Source: Parcubacteria group bacterium
Lineage (GTDB): Bacteria; Patescibacteriota; Minisyncoccia; Moranbacterales; UBA11712
DNA: 64,000 nucleotides
Direction of reading: 5' to 3'
NCBI GenBank assembly: GCA_041659685.1
Contig: JBAZXV010000007.1
Location: 6,348 to 70,347, forward strand
The stretch's first letter is position 1; the number at the start of each line of letters is the position of its first letter. This document shows positions 29,486 to 40,107 of the stretch, piece after piece. A program made the translations under genes and the position numbers. The notes beneath the pieces are model-generated. The model saw nothing but the letters and a program-made list of their open reading frames with translations. It did no database searches and was not told the DNA's origin.

Positions 29486-30850
29486 ATGATAAAAAGAAAA
29501 ATAGAAAATAAGGAGAAAGGCTTTAGTATATTGGAGGTTGTGGCGGCAATTTTTATTTTCTCCATAGTCACAATTACAATATACGGTTCTTTCAGCGCCG
29601 GGCTCAATTCGGTGGCTCAATCAAAGCACCGCGTTTCGGCGACGGAGCTTGCGAACGAGAAAATGGAAATAATCCGCAATATGTCATACGCGGACATCGG
29701 AACGGAAGGAGGCGTTCCCGGCGGAATCTTGCCGCAGGAAGAAACGGTGTGGAAGAGTAACCAGAAATTCAGTGTTCGAACGGCGGTAATTTATGTCGAT
29801 GACGCTCTTGACGGCGTGGCAGGAGGAGATCCTAATGATGAAATCACAAAAGATTATAAAGAAGCGCGCGTGGAGGTGATCTGGGCGGGAATCAGCTGGG
29901 GCAAAGGCGTCACCCTGGTTTCCCGTTTTGTTCCAAATGGCGTTGAGAGTGAAAGCGGGGGAGGAACCTTCGTTCTGAATGTAATTGACAGCACCGGTCA
30001 AGGAATATCGGGTGTCGAGGCTCATATTGTGAATAACGAAGCCAATCCGCAAGTGAATATCACAACTCAAACCGACTCATCAGGGAGCATTCTGATGGCC
30101 GGTATGCCGGCGGGCGACCGAAATTACGAAATAGGTATTTCCAAAGATGCATACGAAAGCGTCTCCACTTTACCTCCTTATCCTGATACGGCCTATGACC
30201 CGACGGATACTCACGGATCAGTGGAAGAAGGCGGTTTAAGCAGTAAAACGATAATTTCCGACCAGACCGGGACGATAACCATCACTTCCGAAGATCTTAA
30301 CAGCAATCTGATTCCAAATATGGATTTTCATCTTGCAGGAGGAAGGATCATCGGGACGACAAGAGAGACTCCCGTACAATCTGTTTTCAGCTATAATCAA
30401 GACACGGCGACCGATGGGAACGGAACCCTGACTTTGGATGATATGTCTCCCGGAAACTACACAGTCAATTTCACGGAAGCGGGATATACTCTTATCGGAA
30501 CCGAAGCGCCTCTTCTTCATTTTTCGCTGGCGCCGGGCCAAATTCTCAGTGTAACTTTACTCGTCGTGAATAATGGCATCAATTCGCTGATCACGAGTGT
30601 CACAAATCCGATTACCAAGGAGCCGGTAAGCGGAGCCAGCGTTCGCGTGTTTGATGGAGCCGGATTTGACCAAACGCTCATCACGGGAGACTCAGGCAGA
30701 GTTTATTTTCCGCCGAATTTGGATCTGCCGGTTACGATGAATTCCGGACCCTACAGTATTGAAGTGACTGCCGGCGGATATACCAGCTATTCCGGTTCGA
30801 TCGAAGTCAGCCAGCTTACGCAAACTGCAATTGAACTGAATCCTTTATAA
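29486..30850 (+). CDS. large prepilin-type (N-terminal methylation motif) pseudopilin with repeated beta-sandwich domains
   Basis: KGFSILEVVAAIFIFSIV class-III signal-like N-terminus; 454 aa. Confidence 0.6.
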   Translation: MIKRKIENKEKGFSILEVVAAIFIFSIVTITIYGSFSAGLNSVAQSKHRVSATELANEKMEIIRNMSYADIGTEGGVPGGILPQEETVWKSNQKFSVRTAVIYVDDALDGVAGGDPNDEITKDYKEARVEVIWAGISWGKGVTLVSRFVPNGVESESGGGTFVLNVIDSTGQGISGVEAHIVNNEANPQVNITTQTDSSGSILMAGMPAGDRNYEIGISKDAYESVSTLPPYPDTAYDPTDTHGSVEEGGLSSKTIISDQTGTITITSEDLNSNLIPNMDFHLAGGRIIGTTRETPVQSVFSYNQDTATDGNGTLTLDDMSPGNYTVNFTEAGYTLIGTEAPLLHFSLAPGQILSVTLLVVNNGINSLITSVTNPITKEPVSGASVRVFDGAGFDQTLITGDSGRVYFPPNLDLPVTMNSGPYSIEVTAGGYTSYSGSIEVSQLTQTAIELNPL

Positions 30851-30870
30851 TTTGTGAGCGCGAATCGGCA

Positions 30871-31506
30871 GTGAAAAAAATGAAAAAAATTTTACATGAA
30901 GAAAAAGGAATGACGCTTGTCGAGATGCTCATCGCAATGTTTATATTCATCATAATGATGTTCGGGTCCGTCTACCTTCTGAGTCAGATATACAAACGTT
31001 ACGGATTTGCCATGGAGCAGGGAATGTCGACTCATGCGGTGCAGCACAGCCTTAAAATAGTGCTCGAAGAGTTGCGGGGAATCCGGCAGTCTGATGCGGG
31101 ATCATATCCGATTGAAGAAGCTGAGAACTTCAGTTTTACCGCTTTCTCTGATGCTGACAAAGATGGAACAACAGAAAGGATTCATTATTTTTTTGAAGAC
31201 GGAAAAATCAAGAAAGGGATAACCGAGCCTGGCGGAACGCCGCCGTCTTATCCGGAAGGTGATCAGTCGGTTTCCATTATAGCCGAGCATGTGGTCAATA
31301 CCGCGGAGCAGCCGCTATTTTACTATTTCGACGGGAATTATCCGGTTGATCAGGAAAACAATCCGCTTAGCACGCCCGTGTCTCCGATAAGCGGTATCCG
31401 GATGGTGAAAATCGATATTTTCTATAACCTTAATCCTTTTCGGTCTCCGGACAATGTTCGTTTGGAGTCCTATGTGGAGCTAAGAAACCTGAAGGATAAC
31501 TGGTAG
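30871..31506 (+). CDS. prepilin-type minor pilin/pseudopilin
   Basis: KGMTLVEMLIAMFIFIIMMFG N-terminal methylation motif; 211 aa. Confidence 0.6.
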   Translation: MKKMKKILHEEKGMTLVEMLIAMFIFIIMMFGSVYLLSQIYKRYGFAMEQGMSTHAVQHSLKIVLEELRGIRQSDAGSYPIEEAENFSFTAFSDADKDGTTERIHYFFEDGKIKKGITEPGGTPPSYPEGDQSVSIIAEHVVNTAEQPLFYYFDGNYPVDQENNPLSTPVSPISGIRMVKIDIFYNLNPFRSPDNVRLESYVELRNLKDNW

Positions 31507-31533
31507 AAGAAAATTAAAAATTAAAAATGAGAA

Positions 31534-33075
31534 ATGAAAAATTGCGGCGTTCCGCTTTGCGTGACGGACATTTTAAGGAATAGAAAAAACAATGGATCCG
31601 TTCTGATATTCATTGTCATTATTGCCGCTATGGGAGCGACAATTCTTTTGGGCCTGACCGTCTTTGTGGCATCCCAGGACAAAAATAGCCGGAGAACGGC
31701 TGCTCAGGAACAGTCCTTTGGGGCGGCAGAAGAAGGAATATATTGGTATCGCTGGTATCTGGCCCCTAAGATCGAAGGAAAAACAGCTCGCGAAGTAGAC
31801 GAGTTTTGGGCGAGCGGAAATCCAGTCGGGGTGGCAGAGCCGTATGAATCCGAGGTGAAAGATCCTTCGGGGGCGGCGCTGGGGAAATATAAGCTGGAAA
31901 TAACTCCTCCGCCGACCGGATCGTCAATAATCATTGCGAAATCAACCGGCTGGACGTATAAATCTCCAAACGTAAAGAGAGTTATTCAAGTGCGTTTCAG
32001 GAAACCGGCCTGGTGTGAATATGTAGTTTTAGGAAACAGCGACATAAGGTTTGGAGAGGGTACGGATGTTTACGGCATGGTTCATTCAAACGGAGGCGTG
32101 CAATTTGACGGCGTGGCCCATCACCTCGTAACGGCTCTTCCTGAAGAATATTGGAGCGAGGACAATGACGTGCGAGGCTGGCACGATGGCGTCTGGACGA
32201 ATAATCCCCCTGAATCAGAAAGGTTTCTTGCCGGAAAGGAATATCCCGCTCCGGAAAAAAGCTTCAATTCCGTGATTGCCAATCTTAATCTGGCAAAGGA
32301 TTATTCCGATCCGGAAGAAGGCGGACTTTATCTGGGCCAGGACAAAGTTGACCAGCAATATTGCGACTGGGTGACTCACGGGAGGAGGAGAGTCTGGGAA
32401 TGCCAAACGGTACATAAAAAAGTGAATGGTTATCATATCAAATTTAATCCCGTTCCCGGAGAAGGAAATGATACGATGTCGATTTCGATGGTGATTTCCT
32501 ATGGCTCCAATAGCTACAAGATTGAAGAAGAAACTTCGGCGGTGACCTATAATGTTTCCGAAAACGGTCTGATTTTTGTTGAAAATCATGTATGGGTGGA
32601 AGGGACGATAAATAATGAGCATCTTACTGTTGTAGCAGCCGATCTGATGGAAGTTCCCGGCGATCCCGAGCCTCCGGGACACGACAAGGATATTTATATC
32701 AATAACGATGTGTTGTATACTAATAAAGACGGCCGCGATATTCTGGGACTCTTGGCTCAGGATAATGTGACAGTCGGGCTTTACAGTGAGAATAATCTTG
32801 AGATCGATGCGGCTCTGCTGGCCCGCCGCGGAAGAGTGGGAAGGGATTATTACAGCAGCAGCGAGCCGACATACTATAAAAGAAGCACAATAACTGTTTA
32901 TGGGGCGATTGTTACCAATGAGCGTTACGGGTTTTCCTGGATAGACGGAATCGGAAGGTGGACATCGGGATATGATAACCGCAATATAATTTTTGACAAC
33001 AACCTTCTGTATTATCCGCCTCCGTTTTTTCCGACCGGAGACAAATATCAGATTGATTTGTGGGAAGAGTTGTAA
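31534..33075 (+). CDS. PilX-N-like minor pilin / pilus-associated protein
   Basis: N-terminal NGSVLIFIVIIAAMGATILLGL resembles the PilX N-terminal domain; 513 aa. Confidence 0.4.
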   Translation: MKNCGVPLCVTDILRNRKNNGSVLIFIVIIAAMGATILLGLTVFVASQDKNSRRTAAQEQSFGAAEEGIYWYRWYLAPKIEGKTAREVDEFWASGNPVGVAEPYESEVKDPSGAALGKYKLEITPPPTGSSIIIAKSTGWTYKSPNVKRVIQVRFRKPAWCEYVVLGNSDIRFGEGTDVYGMVHSNGGVQFDGVAHHLVTALPEEYWSEDNDVRGWHDGVWTNNPPESERFLAGKEYPAPEKSFNSVIANLNLAKDYSDPEEGGLYLGQDKVDQQYCDWVTHGRRRVWECQTVHKKVNGYHIKFNPVPGEGNDTMSISMVISYGSNSYKIEEETSAVTYNVSENGLIFVENHVWVEGTINNEHLTVVAADLMEVPGDPEPPGHDKDIYINNDVLYTNKDGRDILGLLAQDNVTVGLYSENNLEIDAALLARRGRVGRDYYSSSEPTYYKRSTITVYGAIVTNERYGFSWIDGIGRWTSGYDNRNIIFDNNLLYYPPPFFPTGDKYQIDLWEEL

Positions 33076-33151
33076 TCTTCGGCGATTAATGAGCAGGGAG
33101 CGGATGGAATATTCATTGCAATTTTTTTTATTCTTTATTATCGCGAACGGA

Positions 33152-34225
33152 ATGGGACCCTTATTTTACAATTTGCTCGGAGTGAAGCCTAGCGGATTTG
33201 GCCTTGAAATCGAGGAGAGCTCCGTCAAGGCTTTTATGCTGGGAAAAGACAAAAAAGATCTCTCAAAAGCTATTTTTGGCCTTCGTTCCTTGAAAAAAGG
33301 AATCGTTCAGGAAGGGCAAGTCGTCCAAGCCGAAGAGTTGGCGAAAGAAATAAAGGAAGTTATGAAAACTGCCCGGCCGAAATCAATCAAAGAAAAATTC
33401 GTTGTCTTTTCTATTCCGGAAACCAAGGCTTTTGTCAGAACCATCCAAATTCCAAAAATGACGCGCCAAGAAGCTTCGGAGGCGGTAAAATGGGAAACCG
33501 AAGCCAATATTCCCGTTTCACTGGATAAAGTATATTTGGACTGGCAGATAATCGGGACATCTGAAAACGGCGATGAAGTTTTGGTCGCCGCCGTTCCCAA
33601 GGAAATCGTCGACGGATACTGCAAAGCAATAACCCTTTCCGGCCTTATTCCTCTCGCCGGAGAAGTGGATGTCATTGCCACGATCAGAAGCCTTACTTCG
33701 GAAAAAAATAATGCAAAACCGATCCTCATTGCCGACATTGGAGCCGACAAGACAAGCCTTGTCATATGCAAGAATCAAGTCCCTTACTTTTCTTCAAGCA
33801 TTCCGCTTTGCGGAAAAACTTTTACCGATGCGCTCCAGAAAGGGTTGGGAGTCAGTCTTGAAAAAGCCGAAGAAATCAAAGCAAAATACGGTCTCGGCAA
33901 AATGAAAAAGGACGATATGCTTTATAATATCTACAACCCGTTGGTTGGAAATTTGGCGGTTGAAATTGACCGTTCGCTAAATTTTTATTCCGAATCCATT
34001 TGTTCCCAGGAAAAAGTTGAACAAGTATTGCTTTCGGGCGGCGGCTCTCTCCTTCGCGAGCTGGCGGACTATCTTTCTTTGCGGCTCAAAAAAACGATAA
34101 CAGTCGGCAATCCGGCAGTGGGTCTCGGTCTGGACGGGGAAATATCGGAGAGCGTCGCCAAAGATTTATCTCCCTTTGCCACTTCAATTGGACTTGCACT
34201 AAGAGGATCTGAATATGAAAGTTAA
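33152..34225 (+). CDS. pilM: type IV pilus assembly protein PilM (actin-like ATPase); start uncertain (ORF track 32993; other in-frame ATGs 33089, 33104)
   Basis: MGPLFYNLLGVKPSGFGLEIEESSVKAFML aligns with the second PilM N-terminus (MFNLFGSKNRCLGLDIGTTGVKSVEL). Confidence 0.75.
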   Translation: MGPLFYNLLGVKPSGFGLEIEESSVKAFMLGKDKKDLSKAIFGLRSLKKGIVQEGQVVQAEELAKEIKEVMKTARPKSIKEKFVVFSIPETKAFVRTIQIPKMTRQEASEAVKWETEANIPVSLDKVYLDWQIIGTSENGDEVLVAAVPKEIVDGYCKAITLSGLIPLAGEVDVIATIRSLTSEKNNAKPILIADIGADKTSLVICKNQVPYFSSSIPLCGKTFTDALQKGLGVSLEKAEEIKAKYGLGKMKKDDMLYNIYNPLVGNLAVEIDRSLNFYSESICSQEKVEQVLLSGGGSLLRELADYLSLRLKKTITVGNPAVGLGLDGEISESVAKDLSPFATSIGLALRGSEYES

Positions 34226-34763
34226 TGTGAACATTCTGCCGGACGAGCAGAAAGAAAAAAAAGAAATAGAAAAAAAGATCGGAAAAATAGGCCGCTTCGG
34301 ATTTTCCATAGTTTTTGTATTTATTATTTTTTTGGCGATTCTTTTTTCCGCCAAATTCGTTTTGGAAATAGACTACAAATCGGTTCAGGAAACCTTCAGA
34401 GGGGGATCGGAAAAATCCAACAGCGATATAAAACAAACGGAAGATTTCCTCAGCGATATCAACAGCACCGCTAAAAAGATCAACAAAATGTCATCCGAGA
34501 CGCCTCGATGGTCAAAAGTTTTGAAGAAGATTTCGGAAATATCCTCCCCGGATCTGCGCATTACTCTCATTCATGCGGAAGGAGTGCACGTTATAATCGG
34601 CGGTTTTTCTAAAACGAGGGAAGCCTTCCTGGATTTTCAAGAAAAATTGGAAAAAGAAGGATATAAAAAAATCAATTCCCCCATTTCAAATCTTGTTTCT
34701 CCAAAAGATTTTAATTTTGAAATTGAGATGGATATAGACGCAGAATACCTAAACCGGGATTAA
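34215..34763 (+). CDS. PilN-like bitopic pilus assembly protein
   Basis: 182 aa, single N-terminal TM, follows pilM with 11-nt overlap. Confidence 0.5.
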   Translation: MKVNVNILPDEQKEKKEIEKKIGKIGRFGFSIVFVFIIFLAILFSAKFVLEIDYKSVQETFRGGSEKSNSDIKQTEDFLSDINSTAKKINKMSSETPRWSKVLKKISEISSPDLRITLIHAEGVHVIIGGFSKTREAFLDFQEKLEKEGYKKINSPISNLVSPKDFNFEIEMDIDAEYLNRD

Positions 34764-34773
34764 TATTATTCTC

Positions 34774-35502
34774 ATGGCAAAAAAGACTGACAAAAGAATA
34801 ATCTTAGCGAGTTCCATTACATTTTTAATTGTGGCTTTTTTCGGCTGGTTCTCTTTTTTCCATGAAACAAACAAGGTAAAGGAAATCACCGAAACTATTG
34901 AGGAAAAAAAGCTGGAATCGACTGTCGCTCAAGAAAAAAGGGATAAAATCATAGTCCTGAAAAAGGAGCTTTCTGATATGGAGCTTTACAATAATGAAAT
35001 GAAAAAGATGTTGATGAATAAAAACGATGCCGTGCCTTTTCTGCGCTCGCTTGAAAAAATAGCTGCTGATACTTCAAATTCGATAAAGATTGAAGCGACT
35101 GATTTAAGCAAACTCAAGATAAAACAGGGAAAAGGCAGTGAACTTGATGAAGACGAAACGGGAAAAGTGTTGACGAAAGAGGAGCAGGTGGCGGCGGATG
35201 TGGCGGCCGAAAAAGCGAAAGAAGAGGGAGCCGGAAACATGAAAAACAGCCTGGGGTTTACGCTTGAATTGGCCGGGACATTTCCAGCCACGGTCGATTT
35301 TATCGATAAGATGGAAAATTTGCCTTATTTTATCGGAATTTACAATATGGATATTTCCAGCACTGTCAAAGAAAAAAAGATGGCAGCTTCGGGAGGAGTT
35401 TTAGCGGCAGGCGGTCCGATTACGAACCCCGAAGATTCCCAGGGAAACAAAAACGTAAAAATGACGATGATAATAATTGTTGGCACAAACGATGGAAATT
35501 AA
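34774..35502 (+). CDS. PilO-like bitopic pilus assembly protein
   Basis: 242 aa, single TM plus coiled coil. Confidence 0.45.
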   Translation: MAKKTDKRIILASSITFLIVAFFGWFSFFHETNKVKEITETIEEKKLESTVAQEKRDKIIVLKKELSDMELYNNEMKKMLMNKNDAVPFLRSLEKIAADTSNSIKIEATDLSKLKIKQGKGSELDEDETGKVLTKEEQVAADVAAEKAKEEGAGNMKNSLGFTLELAGTFPATVDFIDKMENLPYFIGIYNMDISSTVKEKKMAASGGVLAAGGPITNPEDSQGNKNVKMTMIIIVGTNDGN

Positions 35503-35809
35503 AGAATCGGCAAAGATCGGCAAAGGAAAATATTATTTGCGCAAAGCAAACGGTTTTTTCTTTCGTTGGTTTCGCCTCGCTTTGTTTTTGGCGGTCGCCG
35601 CTTATTCAGTCTGGATATGGGATAAATACGTTTATCGTCCTGACTGGAGCGAAGAAAAAAAACAGGAATATATTAAAGAACAGTCCGTCTTTTCTTTCGA
35701 TCGGGACAACTATGAGAAAGCCATCAATCAGGTCAGATCAAAAAAAGAAAGGCTCGAGAGCAGCTATAGATTTTCAGGAAGGGATATATTTTTCCCTGAG
35801 GGATTTTAA
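35477..35809 (+). CDS. small hypothetical membrane protein (start possibly 35492)
   Basis: 110 aa with one TM; last gene of T4P block 1. Confidence 0.35.
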   Translation: MLAQTMEIKESAKIGKGKYYLRKANGFFFRWFRLALFLAVAAYSVWIWDKYVYRPDWSEEKKQEYIKEQSVFSFDRDNYEKAINQVRSKKERLESSYRFSGRDIFFPEGF

Positions 35810-35941
35810 ATTCAGCGCATAGTCTTTGATGTCGGTATGTTTTCCATTAAACGCGTAAAAATGCCGTCTGCCGGATATTGTCTGCAAAATGATAAAATTA
35901 TTGACCGCTCGGTCTTTTTTTGTTAGGTTATTGAAGTGTTT

Positions 35942-36015
35942 GCCCCGGTAGCTCAATTGGATAGAGTGTCTGGCTTCGGACCAGAAGGTTAGAGGTTCGA
36001 CTCCTCTCCGGGGCA
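35942..36015 (+). tRNA. tRNA-Arg (anticodon TCG)
   Basis: GCCCCGG/CCGGGGC acceptor, D-arm GCTCAATTGGATAGAGT, anticodon loop CTTCGGA, T-arm GAGGTTCGACTCCTC. Confidence 0.85.
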
Positions 36016-36132
36016 CAAATATAACAAAATCGGCGCGGAATGAATTTTTCGGACTGCGCGCCAAGAAATCAGACAAAACAAAGATAAGCTTTGGGAATTT
36101 CCTAAAGCTTATCTTTGTTATAGAATGGAAAT

Positions 36133-38217
36133 ATGAATAATATCGACATTTCAATCCGAAATATTTCCTTTATTGAAAACAAATACATAAAGAAACTAGA
36201 GGGACTTGGCATCAGGACTGCGCGCGATTTTTTGTATTTTTTTCCGCACCGTTATGACGATTTTTCCGAAATAACCAGAATATCCGGGATTAGGCAGGGC
36301 GAAGTCGCGACAGTAGAGGGGAAAATAACAGAAATTAAAAATATCCGAATCTGGAAAAAAAGAATGGCGATTACGGAAGCCGTCGTTCAGGACAAAAGCG
36401 GATCCGTTCGGGTTGTTTGGTTTAATCAGCCCTATATCATCCAGAATTTGAAAAAGGATTCTCTTGTGAGGCTCAGCGGAAAAGTAGGTTTGGACAAAAA
36501 AGGGTTCCATGTTTCAAGCCCCGCTTATGAGAATGCAAAGCGCAGTCCGACTAACACCGGACGAATTGTTCCCGTCTATCCCGAAACGCGGGGGATAACT
36601 TCAAAATGGCTTCGCTGGAAAATAACCCAGATTCTTAAGGGATACCTGGATGAAATCGAGGATATTGTTCCGAATGCGATTTTAAAAAGGCAAAAGTTAA
36701 TGGGAATCCGGGATGCCATTCAGGAGCTGCATTTCCCTTCGAGTTTCGAAAAACTAAGGGGCGCTCAAAAGAGAATGGCTTTTGAAGAAATGTTTGTTAT
36801 TCAACTTATCTCAACGCGTGCGAGGAAAGATTGGGAAAAAAGCCGGGCGATACCGATCAAGTTCGATGAAAAACTGGTAAAGGATTTCGTGAACTCTCTT
36901 TCTTTCAGACTTACTGATGCGCAGAGGAAATCGACTTATCAAATTTTACGGGACATTGAGAAGCCTCACCCGATGAACCGGCTCCTTGAGGGCGATGTGG
37001 GATCCGGGAAGACGGTTGTTGCGGCAATAGCGGCGCTTGAGGCAATGATGGCGGGGTATCAGACGGCTATTATGGCGCCGACTGAGGTTTTGGCTCAGCA
37101 GCATTTCGAGACTTTCAGGAAAGTCTTTAAGAAATTTTCCCAGAAAGTCGGAATTTTGACCAACGGCCAATGCCGGACAGTCTGGAAAAAAAATACCCGA
37201 AAGAATTTTTTGGGGAAAATTAAAAGAGGGGAAATAAAGATTCTTATCGGCACGCACGCGCTCATTCAAAAAAGCGTTGAGTTCAAAAATTTGGCGCTTG
37301 CGATAGTCGATGAGCAGCACCGTTTCGGAGTCGAGCAGCGCGCCCGCCTTCAAAAAGCGGCGGCTGGAATCAAAGACGGAGTGAAGAATGCCGTTCCCCA
37401 TCTTCTGTCCATGACGGCGACACCGATTCCAAGGACCTTGGCCCTGGCCTTTTACGGCAATCTGGATCTCTCGATTCTGGATGAGCTTCCGAAAGGAAGA
37501 AAAAAAATAATTACCGAAATAATTGCTCCCGCGGGCCGCGAAAATGTATACAATTTCATTCAAAATGAAATAATGTCCGGCCGGCAAGCCTTTTTCATTT
37601 TTCCTCTCATTGATGAATCCGATAAGATCTCAGGGAAAGCGGCGACCGCCGAGCACGAAAGACTCTCAAAGGAAGTGTTTTCTGATTTTCGCGTCGGACT
37701 TTTGCATGGCCGGATGAAGCCGAAAGAAAAAGAAGACGTGATGCAGAAATTCAAAGACAAAGAATATGACATTCTGGTTTCAACATCTGTGATTGAAGTC
37801 GGCGTGGATGTTCCGAATGCGACTGTTATGGTTATCGAAGGATCGGAACGGTTCGGTTTGGCGCAGCTTCATCAATTCCGCGGCCGCGTTGGCCGCAGCG
37901 AGCATCAATCCTATTGTTTCCTCTTTACGGAATCAGCGTCGGCGGCGACCAATAAGCGCCTCAAGGCGCTCATTGAATCCGAAGACGGTTTCAAGCTGGC
38001 CGAAAAAGATCTCGAAATCCGAGGTCCGGGGCAGTTCATAGGAACCCGCCAGTCCGGAATTGCCGATGCGGCGATGAAGCATTTTTCGGACGTAAAACTT
38101 ATCCAAGAGGCGAGAATCGAGGCTCAAAGTCTTTTTGAATTCGATTCAAAACTTGAAAATTTTCCAATTTTGAAGCAAACTTTAGACAGGTATGACAAGG
38201 ATATTCACTTGGAATAA
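36133..38217 (+). CDS. recG: ATP-dependent DNA helicase RecG
   Basis: 694 aa; N-terminal wedge/OB, helicase motifs GDVGSGKT, DEQHRFG, C-terminal helicase domain. Confidence 0.9.
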   Translation: MNNIDISIRNISFIENKYIKKLEGLGIRTARDFLYFFPHRYDDFSEITRISGIRQGEVATVEGKITEIKNIRIWKKRMAITEAVVQDKSGSVRVVWFNQPYIIQNLKKDSLVRLSGKVGLDKKGFHVSSPAYENAKRSPTNTGRIVPVYPETRGITSKWLRWKITQILKGYLDEIEDIVPNAILKRQKLMGIRDAIQELHFPSSFEKLRGAQKRMAFEEMFVIQLISTRARKDWEKSRAIPIKFDEKLVKDFVNSLSFRLTDAQRKSTYQILRDIEKPHPMNRLLEGDVGSGKTVVAAIAALEAMMAGYQTAIMAPTEVLAQQHFETFRKVFKKFSQKVGILTNGQCRTVWKKNTRKNFLGKIKRGEIKILIGTHALIQKSVEFKNLALAIVDEQHRFGVEQRARLQKAAAGIKDGVKNAVPHLLSMTATPIPRTLALAFYGNLDLSILDELPKGRKKIITEIIAPAGRENVYNFIQNEIMSGRQAFFIFPLIDESDKISGKAATAEHERLSKEVFSDFRVGLLHGRMKPKEKEDVMQKFKDKEYDILVSTSVIEVGVDVPNATVMVIEGSERFGLAQLHQFRGRVGRSEHQSYCFLFTESASAATNKRLKALIESEDGFKLAEKDLEIRGPGQFIGTRQSGIADAAMKHFSDVKLIQEARIEAQSLFEFDSKLENFPILKQTLDRYDKDIHLE

Positions 38218-38239
38218 TATCCATAAGGAGGAGAAAAAG

Positions 38240-38440
38240 ATGTCTTTCAGGGAGTGCTGGAGAAAAATATTTCCCCGCCGGTTGCGGGGACTCCAAAGGA
38301 TCCAACGGATAGAAGAAGACTTGTCGGCCTTGAAAAGTTACGCCGAAAGCCTTCCGGAGGAAGGGGATCTGGATGTTGTCGGAAAGCTTGCCAGCTTGGC
38401 AAAGCCCTTGCTCAAAAAAATCGACCTCAAAAAACCGTAA
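38240..38440 (+). CDS. small hypothetical protein (66 aa)
   Basis: Strong SD AAGGAGGAG 6 nt before the ATG at 38240; followed by a hairpin terminator; no recognisable domain. Confidence 0.4.
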   Translation: MSFRECWRKIFPRRLRGLQRIQRIEEDLSALKSYAESLPEEGDLDVVGKLASLAKPLLKKIDLKKP

Positions 38441-38473
38441 GCCCATGGACTCCATGGGCTTCGCCATTTTTTG
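38440..38473 (+). terminator. hairpin terminator after recG / small ORF
   Basis: gcccatgg-act-ccatgggc then ttcgccaTTTTTT. Confidence 0.5.
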
Positions 38474-38626
38474 CCGCAAAAAAACAGCTCCAATATAATG
38501 CCGGAACTGTTTTCGTTCCCCCATCTGAGCTCGTTAGCCACGATAACGCAACTAACGAACTCGGATGGGGGGCGGAGTCAGTTGTGACCTCCGCCCGGAG
38601 CGCTCGTAGGTGTTGCCTGCGAAGCC

Positions 38627-39433
38627 CTATTTTTTCTTTGCGAGTTTCGGCCTAAGGTAATCTCCGGTTTCTTTCCAATCGTCATGATAATCAAAATCTA
38701 TCATGATGTTCCCCGGCCACCGGAGCGCATCACTCCAGTTTTCAATACCATGGGTTCCAACGGGGATCTCCTCTTCTCTCTCGAATCTCCCCGACTGACC
38801 TACTTTTTTGATCCAGATAGTACCCCCTTGTCCTTTTTTGTCGATGTGCCACTTGGTTATTTTCCAGGTCGCCTTTTCTTTGGAAATATCTTTGGCCTGA
38901 CTTCTCGAAAATTTGGCATTCTCCAGGGAACGCCTCCTTTCTTCTTCCCGTTCCAGCCGGTCCTCGATCCGTTTGCAGTACTGGGCGGATTCTTGGAGGA
39001 TTTTCTTTAGAGGAGCGACTTGTAGGAAATATGTTGCTCCCCAAACCATGCTGCCGAAGCAGATGAATACCAGGGCCCAGATCAGCACCAAATTTCTTGT
39101 TTTGTGCTTCTGCCGGAGTTCTTCCTTTTTAGGTTCTTCTTCGGGCTTAAATTGCTCTGGAGCAGGCTTCTCATTCTCTTTTAGCGCAATCTTTTCGCCG
39201 CATTGGGAACAAAAATCCTCTGCCTCGCCCATTTTGTGCCCGTTTGGACAACGGGGGTCGTTGTAGGACTTCACGGGCTGGCCGCAGGTTTTGCAGAACT
39301 TACTGGCCGTTGCTTGCCAGTGCCCGTTTGCGCAAATAAAGCCAGGCCGCGTAAATACTTCCCAAATAAGACGAGCCGCACCTAATATAACAACCACCAT
39401 CACCACGATGAAAAGCAAAATAAAACCTGGCAT
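38627..39433 (-). CDS. membrane protein with double zinc-ribbon (TM-ZnR-TM-C-terminal domain)
   Basis: N-terminal TM, CxxGHW..CKTCGQ / CPNGH..CSQCGEK zinc ribbons, second TM; SD AGGAG 8 nt before the start. Confidence 0.5.
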   Translation of the reverse strand: MPGFILLFIVVMVVVILGAARLIWEVFTRPGFICANGHWQATASKFCKTCGQPVKSYNDPRCPNGHKMGEAEDFCSQCGEKIALKENEKPAPEQFKPEEEPKKEELRQKHKTRNLVLIWALVFICFGSMVWGATYFLQVAPLKKILQESAQYCKRIEDRLEREEERRRSLENAKFSRSQAKDISKEKATWKITKWHIDKKGQGGTIWIKKVGQSGRFEREEEIPVGTHGIENWSDALRWPGNIMIDFDYHDDWKETGDYLRPKLAKKK

Positions 39434-39500
39434 GTCAAATCTCCTTTACCTCGTACTAGATTTCTTGACCAAGCCGAAAGGCTGGTATTTTCTCAACTGC

Positions 39501-39609
39501 CTAGAAATGAAAACTAGAAGATAATTTATACATTTTGGCAGTTGATATTTTTTCAAAGAACAGTCCTTTTCTGAATTTGCTATCATCGATTACGTGATAA
39601 CGAACTCGG
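39501..39609 (-). promoter_or_regulatory. conserved ~100-bp promoter/leader module, copy 1 (upstream of gene 38627..39433)
   Basis: ~90% identity to 40108..40208; contains TTGAAA-18-TGTATAAAT (extended -10) on the minus strand. Confidence 0.5.
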
Positions 39610-39670
39610 TTGAGGGGGTAGAGACACGAATAATACCGTGATCTCTGCCCCGTGATTTACTCCACTCGCC

Positions 39671-40045
39671 TTATTTGCAAGACTGCGAAGGGCCGAACTC
39701 GACTGTTTCCATACGAATGATCGCATCCGGCAATTTGATGTCCAGTTGCTCAACCAGGCGGCCATTCTCTTGATGTCTGGTGACTTTTCTATCGGGACTG
39801 ATTGCATATATCCTGCGGCCTGTAAAGTCAAGAGCTACCGAACCCTTTGCAATATCCCGCTTGCCCTCTTGGCATGGATAAGCACCTAAAAATTGTCCCG
39901 TGGTCTGAACGCGTTCCACGGTATAAAGTGCTAATTTATACTGCTCCAACTCGTTACTGGCAGGAAGATATCCGAAATACAGGACGGCCAACACGCCAAG
40001 AAATGCACCCAAAACCACACCAATCCAAAACGGATACTTTTTCAT
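39671..40045 (-). CDS. small membrane-anchored hypothetical protein (124 aa)
   Basis: N-terminal TM; SD GGGAGA before the start; no recognisable domain. Confidence 0.45.
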   Translation of the reverse strand: MKKYPFWIGVVLGAFLGVLAVLYFGYLPASNELEQYKLALYTVERVQTTGQFLGAYPCQEGKRDIAKGSVALDFTGRRIYAISPDRKVTRHQENGRLVEQLDIKLPDAIIRMETVEFGPSQSCK

Positions 40046-40107
40046 TTCCGATCTCCCTTAGAATTATTTACCAGGAATCTAGGATTCCGGCATATTTCCA
40101 ACAAATG

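Noticed and set aside
32993-33151. N-terminal extension of pilM overlapping the upstream PilX-like gene by 83 nt
   Set aside because: The extension has no similarity to the second PilM. The alignment of the two PilM N-termini supports a later ATG at 33152, with in-frame alternatives at 33089 and 33104.
38254-38655. 133-aa plus-strand ORF spanning the GC-rich spacer
   Set aside because: It runs through a terminator hairpin and has no RBS. The smaller SD-led 38240..38440 ORF in another frame is the better model.
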